In this document: piece after piece, positions 9,405 to 19,851 of the stretch
Layout of the letters: each line of letters opens with the position of its first letter
How positions within the stretch are numbered: the first letter of the stretch is position 1
Origin: a virus
Length of the DNA: 64,000 nucleotides
Direction: 5' to 3' (one strand)
Virus record (IMG/VR): IMGVR_UViG_3300031993_000003
Notes under the pieces: generated by a model
What the model saw: only the letters and a program-made list of their open reading frames with translations
What the model was told of the DNA's origin: nothing
Database searches by the model: none
Translations under genes and position numbers: made by a program

Positions 9405-9755
9405 CTAGAGGTCGATGTATTCCAGTTCGAAGTCGATGATGCGGCTACCATTGGGGCTATCGACAAAGATGTTGTAGACATGCGTCCAAAACCATCGGCA
9501 TTGGCGCTTAATCATGTAGCGCAGTTTGCGGTTGTCCTGGGGGCCATTGTAGTCCATGGCGACATTGCCGGAAATGCTCGGCTTGCCCTCATACCAGGTG
9601 TGATTAAGGGAAACCTTGCACCCGGGGTGCTTGCTGATTTCCTTGCATACATAGTCGATTAAAAGTTTTTTCTCGCTATCCTCAGTGTAGCGCGAGGGGC
9701 CGAACTTGAAAATCGGTTCCCTGTTGTGGCGCAGTATCCATAGGGTCACAGCCAT
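9405..9755 (-). CDS. Hypothetical protein
   Basis: ORF with AGGGGG RBS. Confidence 0.7.
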   Translation of the reverse strand: MAVTLWILRHNREPIFKFGPSRYTEDSEKKLLIDYVCKEISKHPGCKVSLNHTWYEGKPSISGNVAMDYNGPQDNRKLRYMIKRQCRWFWTHVYNIFVDSPNGSRIIDFELEYIDL

Positions 9756-9766
9756 GTCTTACCCCC

Positions 9767-10162
9767 TTATCCGAAAGTCACTTCGCCAAAGATGGCGCAG
9801 TCGATGAAGGCGCAGTCGGTGTGCATGTCGGGGGAGTCGAGGTACTGCCTGAGGATTTCGGTCTCCTTGGTGAAGATGACATCGACGGCGCGTTCGAGGT
9901 GCTCGATGGTGAGGTCATGCTTGTCGCCTTCCGGGTCGGTGACAGTGAGGGTCATGCCGCGTTGGAGCATTTCGGCATAGATGTCCTCCACGCACGGGCC
10001 ATAGGGGTCCTGCCAGTTCTCGGCGAGGGATTTCTTTACCGCATTGAACTGGTCGGTGTCGCCGTCAATCCAGTATTCGGAGCCGGTAAACGCGCCCGAT
10101 ATGATGTAGGTGAGCTTGTAGTCAGCCAGTTTCAGGAAGGCTTCGAGGTTGATGATAGTCAT
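9767..10162 (-). CDS. Hypothetical acidic protein ending AIFGEVTFG
   Basis: AAGGAGA RBS after repeat; D..DC.FIDCAIFGEVTFG terminus is reminiscent of Ocr-like acidic phage proteins (weak). Confidence 0.75.
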   Translation of the reverse strand: MTIINLEAFLKLADYKLTYIISGAFTGSEYWIDGDTDQFNAVKKSLAENWQDPYGPCVEDIYAEMLQRGMTLTVTDPEGDKHDLTIEHLERAVDVIFTKETEILRQYLDSPDMHTDCAFIDCAIFGEVTFG

Positions 10163-10382
10163 GGTGTTGTCTCCTTGTTTGAATCTAGTATACCTCCCGG
10201 TATTACCCGGGAGCATCCCCCATCCGTACCCGGTGGGTTACCGGGAAGCCTCCGGAAGCACGCCGCCCGGGAACCCGGACATCAAAAAAAGAGTTGGCCC
10301 CCGGACGCACCGGGGGCCAACTGGTGGCTGCTATGGAATTAAGTTGCGGTTGCTACCACGGTGGGTTGGCTTTCTCCTTCTG

Positions 10383-10541
10383 TTACAGACCATCTTCCTC
10401 TCGGCTTCGAATCCACTGGAAAAAAGATTTTTTGCAGTCGCCGCATATGATGTTCTCGGAACCGCCCACCTTGAGTATAAGGAACTTGGCGTATTCCCCC
10501 GAAGTATCAAACTCCTGACGGCAGAAAGGGCACGTCCTCAT
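10383..10541 (-). CDS. Small zinc-ribbon protein (52 aa)
   Basis: MRTCPFCRQEF...ICGDCKK; ATGA overlap with the upstream gene. Confidence 0.65.
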   Translation of the reverse strand: MRTCPFCRQEFDTSGEYAKFLILKVGGSENIICGDCKKSFFQWIRSREEDGL

Positions 10542-10918
10542 TGCCAGTCCTCCCCGTAGAGCCTGCGGAGTTCCCCGAGGGTATTCTTCAGGGGTTCCAC
10601 GGAGGTATCACGCTCGATGTACATACCGAACGGGAGTTTCAGGTCGAACAGTTCCTTCAGGCTGATGTCCCCGAGTTCCAGCCCGTAGCCCAGCGTGGAG
10701 GCAGAGAACACAATCATGTTCTCCTCGACGTGGTCGGCATCCTTGTGTTCCGGGTCGGTGAAGAACATGGAGTCCTCCAGCACGTACCAGGTTCCGCGTC
10801 CGCACGGGTTGAAGTAGCGGGCGATGACCTTCTTCTCGTCCTTCGGCGTCCCGTCGGTGGAGCCGTAGGGGGTCTTGGCCAGCGCGCTGATTATTTCCTG
10901 GGTGATTCTCTTCTGCAT
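10538..10918 (-). CDS. DUF2958-family protein
   Basis: IARYFNPCGRGTWYVLE...GLELGDISLKEL...IERD motif. Confidence 0.75.
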   Translation of the reverse strand: MQKRITQEIISALAKTPYGSTDGTPKDEKKVIARYFNPCGRGTWYVLEDSMFFTDPEHKDADHVEENMIVFSASTLGYGLELGDISLKELFDLKLPFGMYIERDTSVEPLKNTLGELRRLYGEDWQ

Positions 10919-11092
10919 TGTTGTCTCCTTGTTGTATAAGAATTATCCTCCCGGGCGCTACCGGGAGCATCCCCCGGACATTCCCGGTGGGTTCCCGGCA
11001 ATTTTCCTGTGACCGGTCAGCCGGCCGCTTCAGGTACAAAAAGAGCTGGCCCCCGGGACATCCGGGAGCCAGCCGTTGGCTGCTATGGAGGT

Positions 11093-11272
11093 TCATCGTC
11101 TGGGGATGGCGTCTGCCACCTCCTTAAGTACCTTGGCGTGGGCATCCATCGACTCGTTGAACTTCTTGATTGCCTCCCGGAGTTCCCCGAGCATGTCCCC
11201 GATGTTCTCCAGGTTGTTGTTCAGTTGCGCGGTCGCCCTCTGTTCACCTACGGTCGGTCCTGCGAAAGCCAT
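11093..11272 (-). CDS. Small coiled-coil protein (59 aa)
   Basis: AAGGAGG RBS, MAFAGPTVGEQRATAQLNNNLE... Confidence 0.65.
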   Translation of the reverse strand: MAFAGPTVGEQRATAQLNNNLENIGDMLGELREAIKKFNESMDAHAKVLKEVADAIPRR

Positions 11273-11354
11273 ATAGTGCCTCCTTTGTTATATCCCGTAT
11301 CCCTCCCGGATGCCACCGTGGGCATCCCCCGGGAGGAACCGGTGGTATAAAAAA

Positions 11355-12014
11355 TTATTTCCTGTACTTGTCGAAGTCGCAGTTCCAGAGTTCCAGCTCG
11401 CTGTTGTGGATGTCGCCCAAGTCCTCGCAGGCGATGAACTCGCATTCATCGACGATTCTCTCGAGGTCGTACTCGTCGGGATTCCTCCCTTCGTCCTCAA
11501 GGCAACGGATTGCCTCGTTCATCTTCTTGTCATGGGAAAGCAGGACATCGGAATATGATTCGCTGGTAAGGGAATATTCCCCGTCAAAGCCGTCCACGAA
11601 GCGGAGGTAGTCGCAACCCGATTCGCAGGAGACCATGCTGAACTCGAGCATCGGGTACTTGGCGATAACCGCCTTGAGCCAGTCGGTAGGCCCTACGTAG
11701 GGAGTGTCGAACTCGTACACGGCACACCCCGGGTCATGGTCCAGGCTGACGTTGGCACAGTCCCACTTCGTACCCCAGTGAGTAATACGCCAGTCCCACC
11801 AGTTGAACTGGAAGTCCCCTTCCGGGGTATGGATGATGTCGCCGTCAATCCCGGAGTTTTCCGCCGGTTTCCACCACTTGCGGTCTTCCCTCTCCTCGGG
11901 TACGCTGGCGTTGAATGTCAATGGGCAGTCCTCGCCCTTGTTCTCCTTCACGAACCGGGCGACCTCGAAGGTGCTCCCGGTGACCTCAAGCCTGTTCTGA
12001 CAGATGTTGCTCAT
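11355..12014 (-). CDS. DUF1281/YubB ferredoxin-like domain protein
   Basis: MSNICQNRLEVTG...WWDWRITHWGTKWD...YEFDT motif. Confidence 0.7.
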   Translation of the reverse strand: MSNICQNRLEVTGSTFEVARFVKENKGEDCPLTFNASVPEEREDRKWWKPAENSGIDGDIIHTPEGDFQFNWWDWRITHWGTKWDCANVSLDHDPGCAVYEFDTPYVGPTDWLKAVIAKYPMLEFSMVSCESGCDYLRFVDGFDGEYSLTSESYSDVLLSHDKKMNEAIRCLEDEGRNPDEYDLERIVDECEFIACEDLGDIHNSELELWNCDFDKYRK

Positions 12015-12198
12015 AGTAGCCTCCATGCTATGACATGTATATCCTCCCGGTAGTCTCATAGAGCATCCCCCGGGAGTACCCGGTGGCTACCGGGAGGCAG
12101 CAGGACGGATTCCCGGGACAGGAACTGCCGCTTCAGGGACAAACGAGGAAGCCTCCCGGAATGTACCGGGAGGCTCCTTGTTGGCTGCTATGGAAAAG

Positions 12199-12351
12199 TT
12201 AGAGTGCGACCGCGTTGAGTTCGTCGGGGTCTGCCGTGAGGTACTCGGTATAGGCGAGGTTCTCGGCGAGTTCACGGGCTTCCTCCCGGGAGTTGGCCTC
12301 GACCTCGACTGTGAACTCCACGTTTACGGATACGGGTATTCGGTAAGTCAT
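12199..12351 (-). CDS. Small DpnD/PcfM-like protein
   Basis: VEVEANSREEARELA motif; resembles 13650-13841. Confidence 0.55.
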   Translation of the reverse strand: MTYRIPVSVNVEFTVEVEANSREEARELAENLAYTEYLTADPDELNAVAL

Positions 12352-12353
12352 GT

Positions 12354-12641
12354 CTATACCTCCATCATGGTGTGGAAGTCGTTGGATTCGTTATTGACCT
12401 GCATGGCGAAGTAGCCGAAGTAGCCGCCCGCCATGAGGGTATCCATGAGGGTGTCCCCGTCTATCGGGTCGCCGTGGCAGTCGGTGACTTCGAACCCGTC
12501 TTCAGTCCATTCGTCATAGAGCTGCTTCATGATTTTCGCGCAGTCCTCCAGTGTACCGGAGTAGTGCCTGATGGCCAGGTACTCCTTGTACGACTGGGGA
12601 TTCCCGCAGTGGTCTATGATGATATATTCCTTGTTTGCCAT
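12354..12641 (-). CDS. Hypothetical protein
   Basis: AAGGAGG RBS after repeat. Confidence 0.8.
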   Translation of the reverse strand: MANKEYIIIDHCGNPQSYKEYLAIRHYSGTLEDCAKIMKQLYDEWTEDGFEVTDCHGDPIDGDTLMDTLMAGGYFGYFAMQVNNESNDFHTMMEV

Positions 12642-12805
12642 GTCAGCCTCCTTTGTATAAAAAATATCCTCCCGGTTAATCCCGGGGGCATCCCCCGGAC
12701 ATGCCCGGTGGCAATATAAAGAATTTCCCGGGAGGTACCAGTGTTGTTGTGGTCGGGCAGTGTAGCGCCCATGGTACCTCCCGGGCCGGGGCAGGGATTC
12801 CCCGG

Positions 12806-13036
12806 TTAATCCAGAACCTCGTCAATCTGGTCGCCGTAGCACCAGTGGCCATTGTCGAGTTCGAGCACGGAACATTCACGGTTGTCAAAATCTATGAAGG
12901 CGACCTCGGTTCCATACTTGGAGTGCGGTTCCTCGGTTTCCTCGATGCCTTCCACCTTGGCTTCCTTCGGTTCCTCGCTCCCCCAAGCGCCCCGCCACAT
13001 CACGCGGCTGCCTAGCTTGATTACCTTGTCGCTCAT
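12806..13036 (-). CDS. Hypothetical protein (SH3-like)
   Basis: GGAGG RBS, MSDKVIKLGSRVMWRGAWG...GHWCYGDQI. Confidence 0.7.
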   Translation of the reverse strand: MSDKVIKLGSRVMWRGAWGSEEPKEAKVEGIEETEEPHSKYGTEVAFIDFDNRECSVLELDNGHWCYGDQIDEVLD

Positions 13037-13353
13037 TCCACTACCTCCTCGGAGATGTCCCATTCGCACCAAGTCCCGTTGCCGTCGATGTCGATGGATT
13101 CGGCCTTGCGGGCTTCGGCAAGGGTCACTCCCTCGGCTTCCTCGCCGTCTATGGTGCTGACCGCGTCGTTGACCTTGTCTTCGTCGTCGAATGCCTCGAG
13201 CTCACGGAGGTAGTTCTCGATGTTGTCCCCCTTGGCCTTCTCGGCCTTGCCCTTGGTGGAGAACACGCCGATGATGCCCATGCCGGACGGGCCGTGCCTG
13301 TCCTCGAAGCGGTAGTGGGCTACCCATACTTTCTGCTTTTCTTCTTTTGCCAT
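13033..13353 (-). CDS. Hypothetical acidic protein
   Basis: IIGVFSTKGKAEKA motif; RBS after repeat. Confidence 0.8.
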   Translation of the reverse strand: MAKEEKQKVWVAHYRFEDRHGPSGMGIIGVFSTKGKAEKAKGDNIENYLRELEAFDDEDKVNDAVSTIDGEEAEGVTLAEARKAESIDIDGNGTWCEWDISEEVVE

Positions 13354-13431
13354 ATTCAGCCTCCTTTGGTTGTATAAAAATTATCCTCCCGGTACCTCCC
13401 GGGAGCATCCCCCGGGAGCGCCCGGTGTTAA

Positions 13432-13653
13432 TTACATGGGTTCGGCGGAAAGGATTTCCGCGTCCACCCCGGGTTCCTCGTCCGGGAAGACCTCCGGGTA
13501 CTGGGCGAACAGGTGGGGGAATATGTCCTGCTCTGGATAGTAGCCGTCCGCGTCTGGCTTGACCGTATCCGGAACCTCCACGGAGTAGGTGTCCGTGTCT
13601 ATGTGCTCGCCCGTCTCCGGGTCGGTTATCCTTACCTCGACATCCAGCGTCAT
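13432..13653 (-). CDS. Small highly acidic protein
   Basis: ATGA coupling. Confidence 0.7.
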   Translation of the reverse strand: MTLDVEVRITDPETGEHIDTDTYSVEVPDTVKPDADGYYPEQDIFPHLFAQYPEVFPDEEPGVDAEILSAEPM

Positions 13654-13841
13654 CCTTCCACCTCCGTGCGGTACGTCTCGAAGTCCAGCTCGAGGTCGTG
13701 CGTCTCCGCGAGTTCTTCCAGCGAGCGGCTCGCTGCGGCATCCACGGCATTCTCCTCGGCGGCTTCCGGGGATTCCGCGTCGACTTCCACGTGGATATAC
13801 GCGTAACAGCGTACCAGTACCTTGTATTTCTTCTGCGCCAT
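13650..13841 (-). CDS. Small DpnD/PcfM-like protein
   Basis: VEVDAESPEAAEENA motif; RBS after repeat. Confidence 0.6.
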   Translation of the reverse strand: MAQKKYKVLVRCYAYIHVEVDAESPEAAEENAVDAAASRSLEELAETHDLELDFETYRTEVEG

Positions 13842-14013
13842 GTCAGCCTCCTTGATATGGTATTGGTATTCCTCCCGGGGGGTTCCGGGAGCATCCCCCG
13901 GAGCTCCCCGGTGGGTTACCGGGAGATGACCGGCGGAGGCATGTCGGATTCCCGGAGGGATAAAGGAAGCCTCCCGGAAGATACCGGGAGGCTACCGGGA
14001 GGTTGCTATGTAG

Positions 14014-16512
14014 TTACTTGCGGAGGAAGCCGAGTTCATAGACCTGCGGGAGCATCTTGTCCTTGAGGGTCTTGAAGTCGGCCTTAAGGGTGGCGAACTC
14101 CTTCGGGCAGGCTTCCTCGAACAGTCCCTTCAACTGTCTCCAGCCACAGTCCCACCTCTGAACCTGGAGTTCCGGGTGGGCCTTGGCATAGGCCGGGCGG
14201 GCACTGGCGGATGCCTTGAGGCAGGCCTTGAAGTCGTCAAGTACCTTCTGCCCTTCCGGGGTCAGGTCGGTCAGTTTGTCGGCGATAAAGCGCTTGGCAT
14301 CCTTCGAGTTCTCCTTCCACTGGAGTCCGAGGAGTTGATAGGTTTCCTTCTTGGTGAAGGGGTAGAATTGATTGAGAAATTCGTATGCGTCCCCGTCTAC
14401 CTCGCCCTTGATGGAGGTCTGGTTGGACTTGGCCTCGAACATGGAAAACACAAAGCAATCTTTTTGCCATTCGGAGTATTTGGGATTGGCAGTGTCCGGC
14501 GCCATGTAACAGTCCTGGTGGTTCCACACTTCATCTACTACGAGTCGTCGGGCGGCGAAGCCGGATACTGCGCGGTCGAAGTTCTCCGGGAGGAGGTTGA
14601 AACAGTTTCCTCGGCTAAATGGGATTGAGAATAACCCAACAAATTGTGCATTCGCCTCAACACAATTACTGGAAAGAACTGCACAGCCAAGTGAACCGGC
14701 ACACCACCGTCCTCTAGCGGTCCCATCGGCATCCGTTTTAATTTTGATGCCATCGGTTGTGTTGATGGAAGAGACGGTTTTTGGTAAAGGGCCTTTTACC
14801 CAATCAGACATTTTTTCTTGACCGTCCAGATTGTAGTAAGTATGCGTTCCAATGCAGACCAGGTCTTGACCATCTTGGTTTTCCATCAGGTCAACCGGAA
14901 ATTCAGTCTGGAGCGGTTTTGAAGATTTTTTCCCGGTAGGCTTCTCCATATTCCATACTGAGAAGTTAATTGCCCAACCCGGTTTCACCCCGGAAAATTC
15001 TTCCGACGGGAAAGCGAAGGAATTATTGAAGGTGAATACATCGAGCCATTCCTTGCGGAACTTCTCGCAGGCATCTCCCGTAATCCACGAGGGTGACGAG
15101 AACAGACCGACGGTAACGTTAGTAAGTTTAAATTCTTTTACAATCTCCATCATTCGGTACAAAAATTGTACAGTAAGTTCGTTCGCGGCCTTTCCCAGTC
15201 CCTTTTCCATCATGCGGGATTTGACTGCTGTTTTTGAAGATTCTTTCTTGGAATCACCACCCTTGTTTGCACCTTCACCTGTCCCGCTGTACGGAGGATT
15301 TTGGATAAAAACAATTTTTTTATCTTTGTTTGCCTTGAGGGCTTCTACCAGGGTCTTCGGGAGGGTTGCGATGTCGCAATTCAAGAAGTCCCAGACGAAG
15401 GTTTCCTTTGCCTCGGTGGAGAGGGAATCGGAGCACTTCAATTCATTCGGGTCGATGGTGGAAAGAAAAAGATTTCCGAACTCATAATCGCGGGTGAGAC
15501 TTTTCGTTCCACAAGAGCCGTCCCATACGAGGCAGGATTCTTCCCAGTCCTGACCGGCAACGCGGGCGATGCGACGGTGTGCCTCGTCAACCCACAACTT
15601 ACCAGTGAAGAACTGCCCTCCCCTTCTACGTTCAGCCTCGCTAACTAGGGTATCGTAGAGGCGTTCGAGTTCGCGGTGGTCGTTCTCGGTGAAGGCACCG
15701 AAGCGGGCCTTGAACTGCCTTGCCTTGACTTCGTCCACGGCGACCGGGGCGTACCCGTCCACACCCATCAACTTTCCGTTCATGATGATGGCATCGTCCT
15801 GGCTCTTGAGGTAGCCGTAGAAGCGGCCAACGACCTCGTTAGCGGACATCCCTTCGGTGGATTTCAAAATTTTTGTCGAGAAGTAGTCGAATCCCTTCTT
15901 CAGGGTGGCGGCCGTAATCGGGACGATACGGGCAATGCCGTTCGCCATCGCGTCGATGGCATCAAAAATTTTTTCCGGGTCGAAATCCGGGTCGTCGATG
16001 TGGTACACGATGGACTGCTCCTGCACGGCGGCATCCTTGACGAGGGCTTCCAGCAGTTTAGCGTTCTTCCACTGCTCGCTCGGGGCGAGTTTCTCGTCCA
16101 CCATGTTCACGTACTGGTTCACGTAGTTGATATGGAGAGCCCAGCACTCGTTGCGGTCGGCCACGAAGATGACATCCGGGGTGCGGAGGTTGGTCTTGCC
16201 GTTGAGGAAGCGGGTGTAGTACTGGATGGCCTGGGCGAGCACCTTCGCGCGCACCGTGGCATCCTGCATGTCCACGTCGGCCTTGAACTCGATGAGCAGG
16301 GCCTTCTTGTCGATGCTCACGTAGGCGTCGCAGTGCTTGTAGCGGGTGATGGACACCTTCTTCCAGTGCTTCTCGATGGCCGGGAGCCACACCAGGGCCA
16401 CCTGGCTCTCCTGGTCGGAGGACTTCGGGTCGATTGCGCGGAGCTTTGCCTCGAATTCCTTGGCCTTTGCGGACTTGGTGTAGGTTGCGGTGTTGAGTGT
16501 TCTTGTAGTCAT
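14014..16512 (-). CDS. Type IIG-like fused restriction endonuclease / N6-adenine methyltransferase
   Basis: N-terminal CD-x-LLIEFK (PD-D/ExK-like); GQFFT, VWDGSCGT (motif I) and QNPPY (motif IV); 832 aa. Confidence 0.75.
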   Translation of the reverse strand: MTTRTLNTATYTKSAKAKEFEAKLRAIDPKSSDQESQVALVWLPAIEKHWKKVSITRYKHCDAYVSIDKKALLIEFKADVDMQDATVRAKVLAQAIQYYTRFLNGKTNLRTPDVIFVADRNECWALHINYVNQYVNMVDEKLAPSEQWKNAKLLEALVKDAAVQEQSIVYHIDDPDFDPEKIFDAIDAMANGIARIVPITAATLKKGFDYFSTKILKSTEGMSANEVVGRFYGYLKSQDDAIIMNGKLMGVDGYAPVAVDEVKARQFKARFGAFTENDHRELERLYDTLVSEAERRRGGQFFTGKLWVDEAHRRIARVAGQDWEESCLVWDGSCGTKSLTRDYEFGNLFLSTIDPNELKCSDSLSTEAKETFVWDFLNCDIATLPKTLVEALKANKDKKIVFIQNPPYSGTGEGANKGGDSKKESSKTAVKSRMMEKGLGKAANELTVQFLYRMMEIVKEFKLTNVTVGLFSSPSWITGDACEKFRKEWLDVFTFNNSFAFPSEEFSGVKPGWAINFSVWNMEKPTGKKSSKPLQTEFPVDLMENQDGQDLVCIGTHTYYNLDGQEKMSDWVKGPLPKTVSSINTTDGIKIKTDADGTARGRWCAGSLGCAVLSSNCVEANAQFVGLFSIPFSRGNCFNLLPENFDRAVSGFAARRLVVDEVWNHQDCYMAPDTANPKYSEWQKDCFVFSMFEAKSNQTSIKGEVDGDAYEFLNQFYPFTKKETYQLLGLQWKENSKDAKRFIADKLTDLTPEGQKVLDDFKACLKASASARPAYAKAHPELQVQRWDCGWRQLKGLFEEACPKEFATLKADFKTLKDKMLPQVYELGFLRK

Positions 16513-16688
16513 AGCAGCTTCCTCTTGTTATATACTATATCCTACCGGTACCTCCCGGGAGCATCCCCCGGAGCTTCCCGGTGACTACCATGCTCTCCAG
16601 CTCGCAGCATGCTTCAGGTACCCGGGATAAACAGGAAGCCTCCCGGAATTTACCGGGAGGCTACCGGGAGGTTGCTAATTAAAAAAAA

Positions 16689-17177
16689 TTAACACAAGAT
16701 GGCCACGATGTTCTCGAAGGGAATCAATATCTTATGGTATTTCTCCCCGTCCTTGGACGTGCGGCAGTGCATGTAGTTGAAGCCGCAGTGCCCCGCGGAG
16801 GTCTCCGTGTAGCGCTTCTCATACGTCTGCCCGTCGCGGAACTCGCCAGTGCCGATGAGGTCGTCCTTGCGCTGGTCGTCCTTTCCGCTGACCTTGCGGA
16901 GGTGGCGCACCGTGACCTTCACGAACCCGTCACACACTTCAACCGAATCCAGGTAGTTTTCCAGCTTGAACTTCCGGTCGTTCCTCTTGAGACCGTCCAC
17001 GAAGTCCTTCCTCAGGTCATCCGCGTCCACGCACTCGGGATACCTCGTAAGGAACACCTCAACGCTGCTGGAACTGCTGGAATACAGTCCGCCGCTGTGC
17101 ATCCCGGTATATACTATCTCGGCGATTCCGTTCTTCCTCGCCTCGTCAACCATTGCGCTTACTACTTTCTTGTCCAT
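16689..17177 (-). CDS. Hypothetical protein
   Basis: Single-gene cassette with GGAGG RBS and terminator. Confidence 0.8.
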   Translation of the reverse strand: MDKKVVSAMVDEARKNGIAEIVYTGMHSGGLYSSSSSSVEVFLTRYPECVDADDLRKDFVDGLKRNDRKFKLENYLDSVEVCDGFVKVTVRHLRKVSGKDDQRKDDLIGTGEFRDGQTYEKRYTETSAGHCGFNYMHCRTSKDGEKYHKILIPFENIVAILC

Positions 17178-17396
17178 AATAGCCTCCGTTTATCCTATCT
17201 ATCCCTCCCGGTACCTCCCGGGAGCATCCCCCGGAAAATCCCGGTGGCTGCCATGCTCTCCAGCTCGCAGCATGCTTCAGGCACCCGGGATAGTAGAATT
17301 GTACTGACGCGTCAAGTACCTTATTGTAAAATTTAAAATACAAAACAGCCTCCCGGAACTAACCGGGAGGCCACAGGGAGGTCGGCACAGAAAAAA

Positions 17397-17927
17397 TTAA
17401 ATAAAGTACCAGTCAATGGGCTTGGTGTAATCCTCTATGTCCACGGGGGAGCAGTATTCCTCCTCGCACTTTTCAAGGTACTTCAGCCCTTCTTCGGTAA
17501 TTTCCCTCACGTGGTGGAAGTTGGTGCCGTCATGGTGGGGAACCTCCACGAACAGCCCCTCGGAATCGTACCCTACGCGGAACTCGTAGCAGGCGCAGTC
17601 GGGGATGAACTTCACGAAGAAGTCCCTTACGTTATCCACGCGCACCGGGCAGCAGGTGCCACGGGGACCGTCCCACAGTCCGCAGTGACCTGTCACAAGG
17701 ACGTTCCTGGGAAACTGCTTCGTGTACTTCAGTCCGGCCTCGAAGCTCTCCCAGTCCCATTCGCGGGCATGGGCGACCTCGTCCCAGTATGCCTTGCTGT
17801 CCTCCTCGGGAACCGGCCAGTCGTTGGCCTCGCAGTTCTCGCGGATTTCATCCATAGTAATTTCCCGGTCGCTCTCGTAGATGTAGACCTTGTCCTTGCC
17901 GTTAAGATTTACCTTTTCCCTTTCCAT
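17397..17927 (-). CDS. Hypothetical phage protein
   Basis: GxxGLWDG...HHDGTN motif seen in phage hypotheticals; single-gene cassette. Confidence 0.8.
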   Translation of the reverse strand: MEREKVNLNGKDKVYIYESDREITMDEIRENCEANDWPVPEEDSKAYWDEVAHAREWDWESFEAGLKYTKQFPRNVLVTGHCGLWDGPRGTCCPVRVDNVRDFFVKFIPDCACYEFRVGYDSEGLFVEVPHHDGTNFHHVREITEEGLKYLEKCEEEYCSPVDIEDYTKPIDWYFI

Positions 17928-18003
17928 GGTAGCCTCCGTTTGTTGCTATACGTATTATCCTCCCGGAAATGCCCGGGAGCATCCCCCGGAAATCCCCGGT
18001 AGG

Positions 18004-18387
18004 TTACTGGTCGCCCCAGCCAGCGAGCCAGTCTTCCGCCAGCGACGTGCAGTCCTTCTGGCACAGTTCCTTCTCCGGTACGCCCTTCCCGGTGTATTCC
18101 CCGGAAATCCAGCGCTCGGCCAGCTCGTCAAGGATGTCCCAGCGAGCACCCATCCTGTCCGGGTGGTTGTCATCGGTATCGTTGTCTTCTTCAAGGTCGC
18201 CAAAAGAAAGATTTTCTTCCAGCATCATGGCCATCGCGGTGACCTTCGTGCTCCACTCGTCCCTGTCCATTCCCGGGTTGTTGCCCAGCACGTCAGCCAA
18301 GGTCGCCATGTAGCCCTGCCCGCATACGCCCCACCACAGGCCGTTGTCACGGCAGGACTTGTCAAGTTCCTCGTTAGTCAGTTCCAT
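18004..18387 (-). CDS. Hypothetical acidic protein
   Basis: Single-gene cassette. Confidence 0.8.
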   Translation of the reverse strand: MELTNEELDKSCRDNGLWWGVCGQGYMATLADVLGNNPGMDRDEWSTKVTAMAMMLEENLSFGDLEEDNDTDDNHPDRMGARWDILDELAERWISGEYTGKGVPEKELCQKDCTSLAEDWLAGWGDQ

Positions 18388-18518
18388 AGTAAGCCTCCTT
18401 TAGCTATATGCCGTATCCTCCCGGAAATCCCCGGGGGCATCCCCCGGGAATCCCCGGTAGCTCCCGGTATATGCCGGGAAGACCCCGGGAGCATGTCCCG
18501 GAGCCTGCGTTCCCCTTC

Positions 18519-18662
18519 TCAGTACCTGAATATCCTCCCGCCCGTACGGGTGAAGACCTTCCCGGTGAACTCCGGTTCCTTCTTCGCCTTCTTCTTCGGC
18601 AGGGCGTCCGGGTGCTTCCCGTAGAACGCCCCGGCGATTGCCTTCATCTTCTGTTCGTCCAT
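18519..18662 (-). CDS. Small basic protein (47 aa)
   Basis: GAGGAGG RBS, MDEQKMKAIAGAFYGKHP... Confidence 0.65.
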   Translation of the reverse strand: MDEQKMKAIAGAFYGKHPDALPKKKAKKEPEFTGKVFTRTGGRIFRY

Positions 18663-18837
18663 GTCAGCCTCCTCTAGCTATTACAGGTATGTCTCCCGGC
18701 ATGCACCGGGAGCATCCCCCGGGAGTTCCCGGTGGATTCCGCAACAAAAAATTTCTCCGGATGGGTTCCAGGCAGGTACCGGGAGGACTATCCGTGGTAG
18801 CCGCCGGTGCGTCCCCAGTCGTGGTATACCATACGCA

Positions 18838-19161
18838 TCACTTCACCCCCTTCTTGGAGGTAGCCACAGCGCTATCCGCGGTCTTCTTGGCCTTGGACTT
18901 GGCCGCCTTGGCTTCATCCTTGACGGCCTGCACGATGGCATCCTTGGCTTCGGTAGCCTGCTCGGCAATCACCTCGCCCGTGCCCTTCGCGCCCTCTATG
19001 GCCACGTCAACAACCGCGCTCGCGGCATCCCCGGCGACAGTAATCGCGAGCTTTCCCGCGGCACGCGCAGTCTCCTTGGCGGCCTCCCTGCTGTTGTCCC
19101 CGCACCCCGCCATGGTCACCATGGCAAGCACCGGGAGCATAAGTAAGAACATCTTCTTCAT
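18838..19161 (-). CDS. Ala/Lys-rich lipoprotein
   Basis: MKK + hydrophobic stretch + lipobox MAGC. Confidence 0.8.
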   Translation of the reverse strand: MKKMFLLMLPVLAMVTMAGCGDNSREAAKETARAAGKLAITVAGDAASAVVDVAIEGAKGTGEVIAEQATEAKDAIVQAVKDEAKAAKSKAKKTADSAVATSKKGVK

Positions 19162-19254
19162 GTTGCGGTCTCCTTTTATTAAAAAAATTTCCTATGCAGG
19201 TATCGCTACGGGAAATCTCCCGGGGCATCCCCCGGGAGGAACCGGTGGATATCT

Positions 19255-19680
19255 CTAGAGCTGTTCGCCCCTCTTCTGCTCGCGGCCAGGTCCCCATGGA
19301 GTGCTCCATTCCTCCTGAAGGCGCAGTTTCACTCGCTGTGCAGTAGTCAGCGGGGACTTGGAGATGCAGTGGTCCATCACCTTGGTGTACCCGTAGTACC
19401 CGTTGTGGTACCATTGGCGGTACACGAAGTACCCCGCTTCCTTTATGTCGGCTACGATGGCGTTCCAATGCTCCTCGGTAATCACGAACTTCTGTCCGTC
19501 TCTGTTGAACTCCGTGACGCAACCCGCCCAGATATGGGAAGGCATGGGGGTATCGTCATAGGACTTGACCTCCCACTTCTTGGAGAAAATATAATCCTCC
19601 ACCTTGTCAACTTCCTTGCGGAACTGCTTGGCGTTCTGCTCGGCGACCGTCTCCTGGTCAATATTGTTCTTTGGAATCAT
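19255..19680 (-). CDS. Hypothetical protein
   Basis: Single-gene cassette. Confidence 0.8.
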   Translation of the reverse strand: MIPKNNIDQETVAEQNAKQFRKEVDKVEDYIFSKKWEVKSYDDTPMPSHIWAGCVTEFNRDGQKFVITEEHWNAIVADIKEAGYFVYRQWYHNGYYGYTKVMDHCISKSPLTTAQRVKLRLQEEWSTPWGPGREQKRGEQL

Positions 19681-19851
19681 AGCAACCTCCGTTTGTGTAC
19701 ATATATTATGCCCCAGGTACCTCCCGGGAGCATCCCCCGGAACTCCCCGGTGGATACCGGGAGGTTCCCGCAGCGCCAGGGAATTCCGCCAGAAAGGAAA
19801 CGGGGCCCACCGGAAGGTTCCGGCAGGCCCCGTAAGGCAACAGAAAATTTT

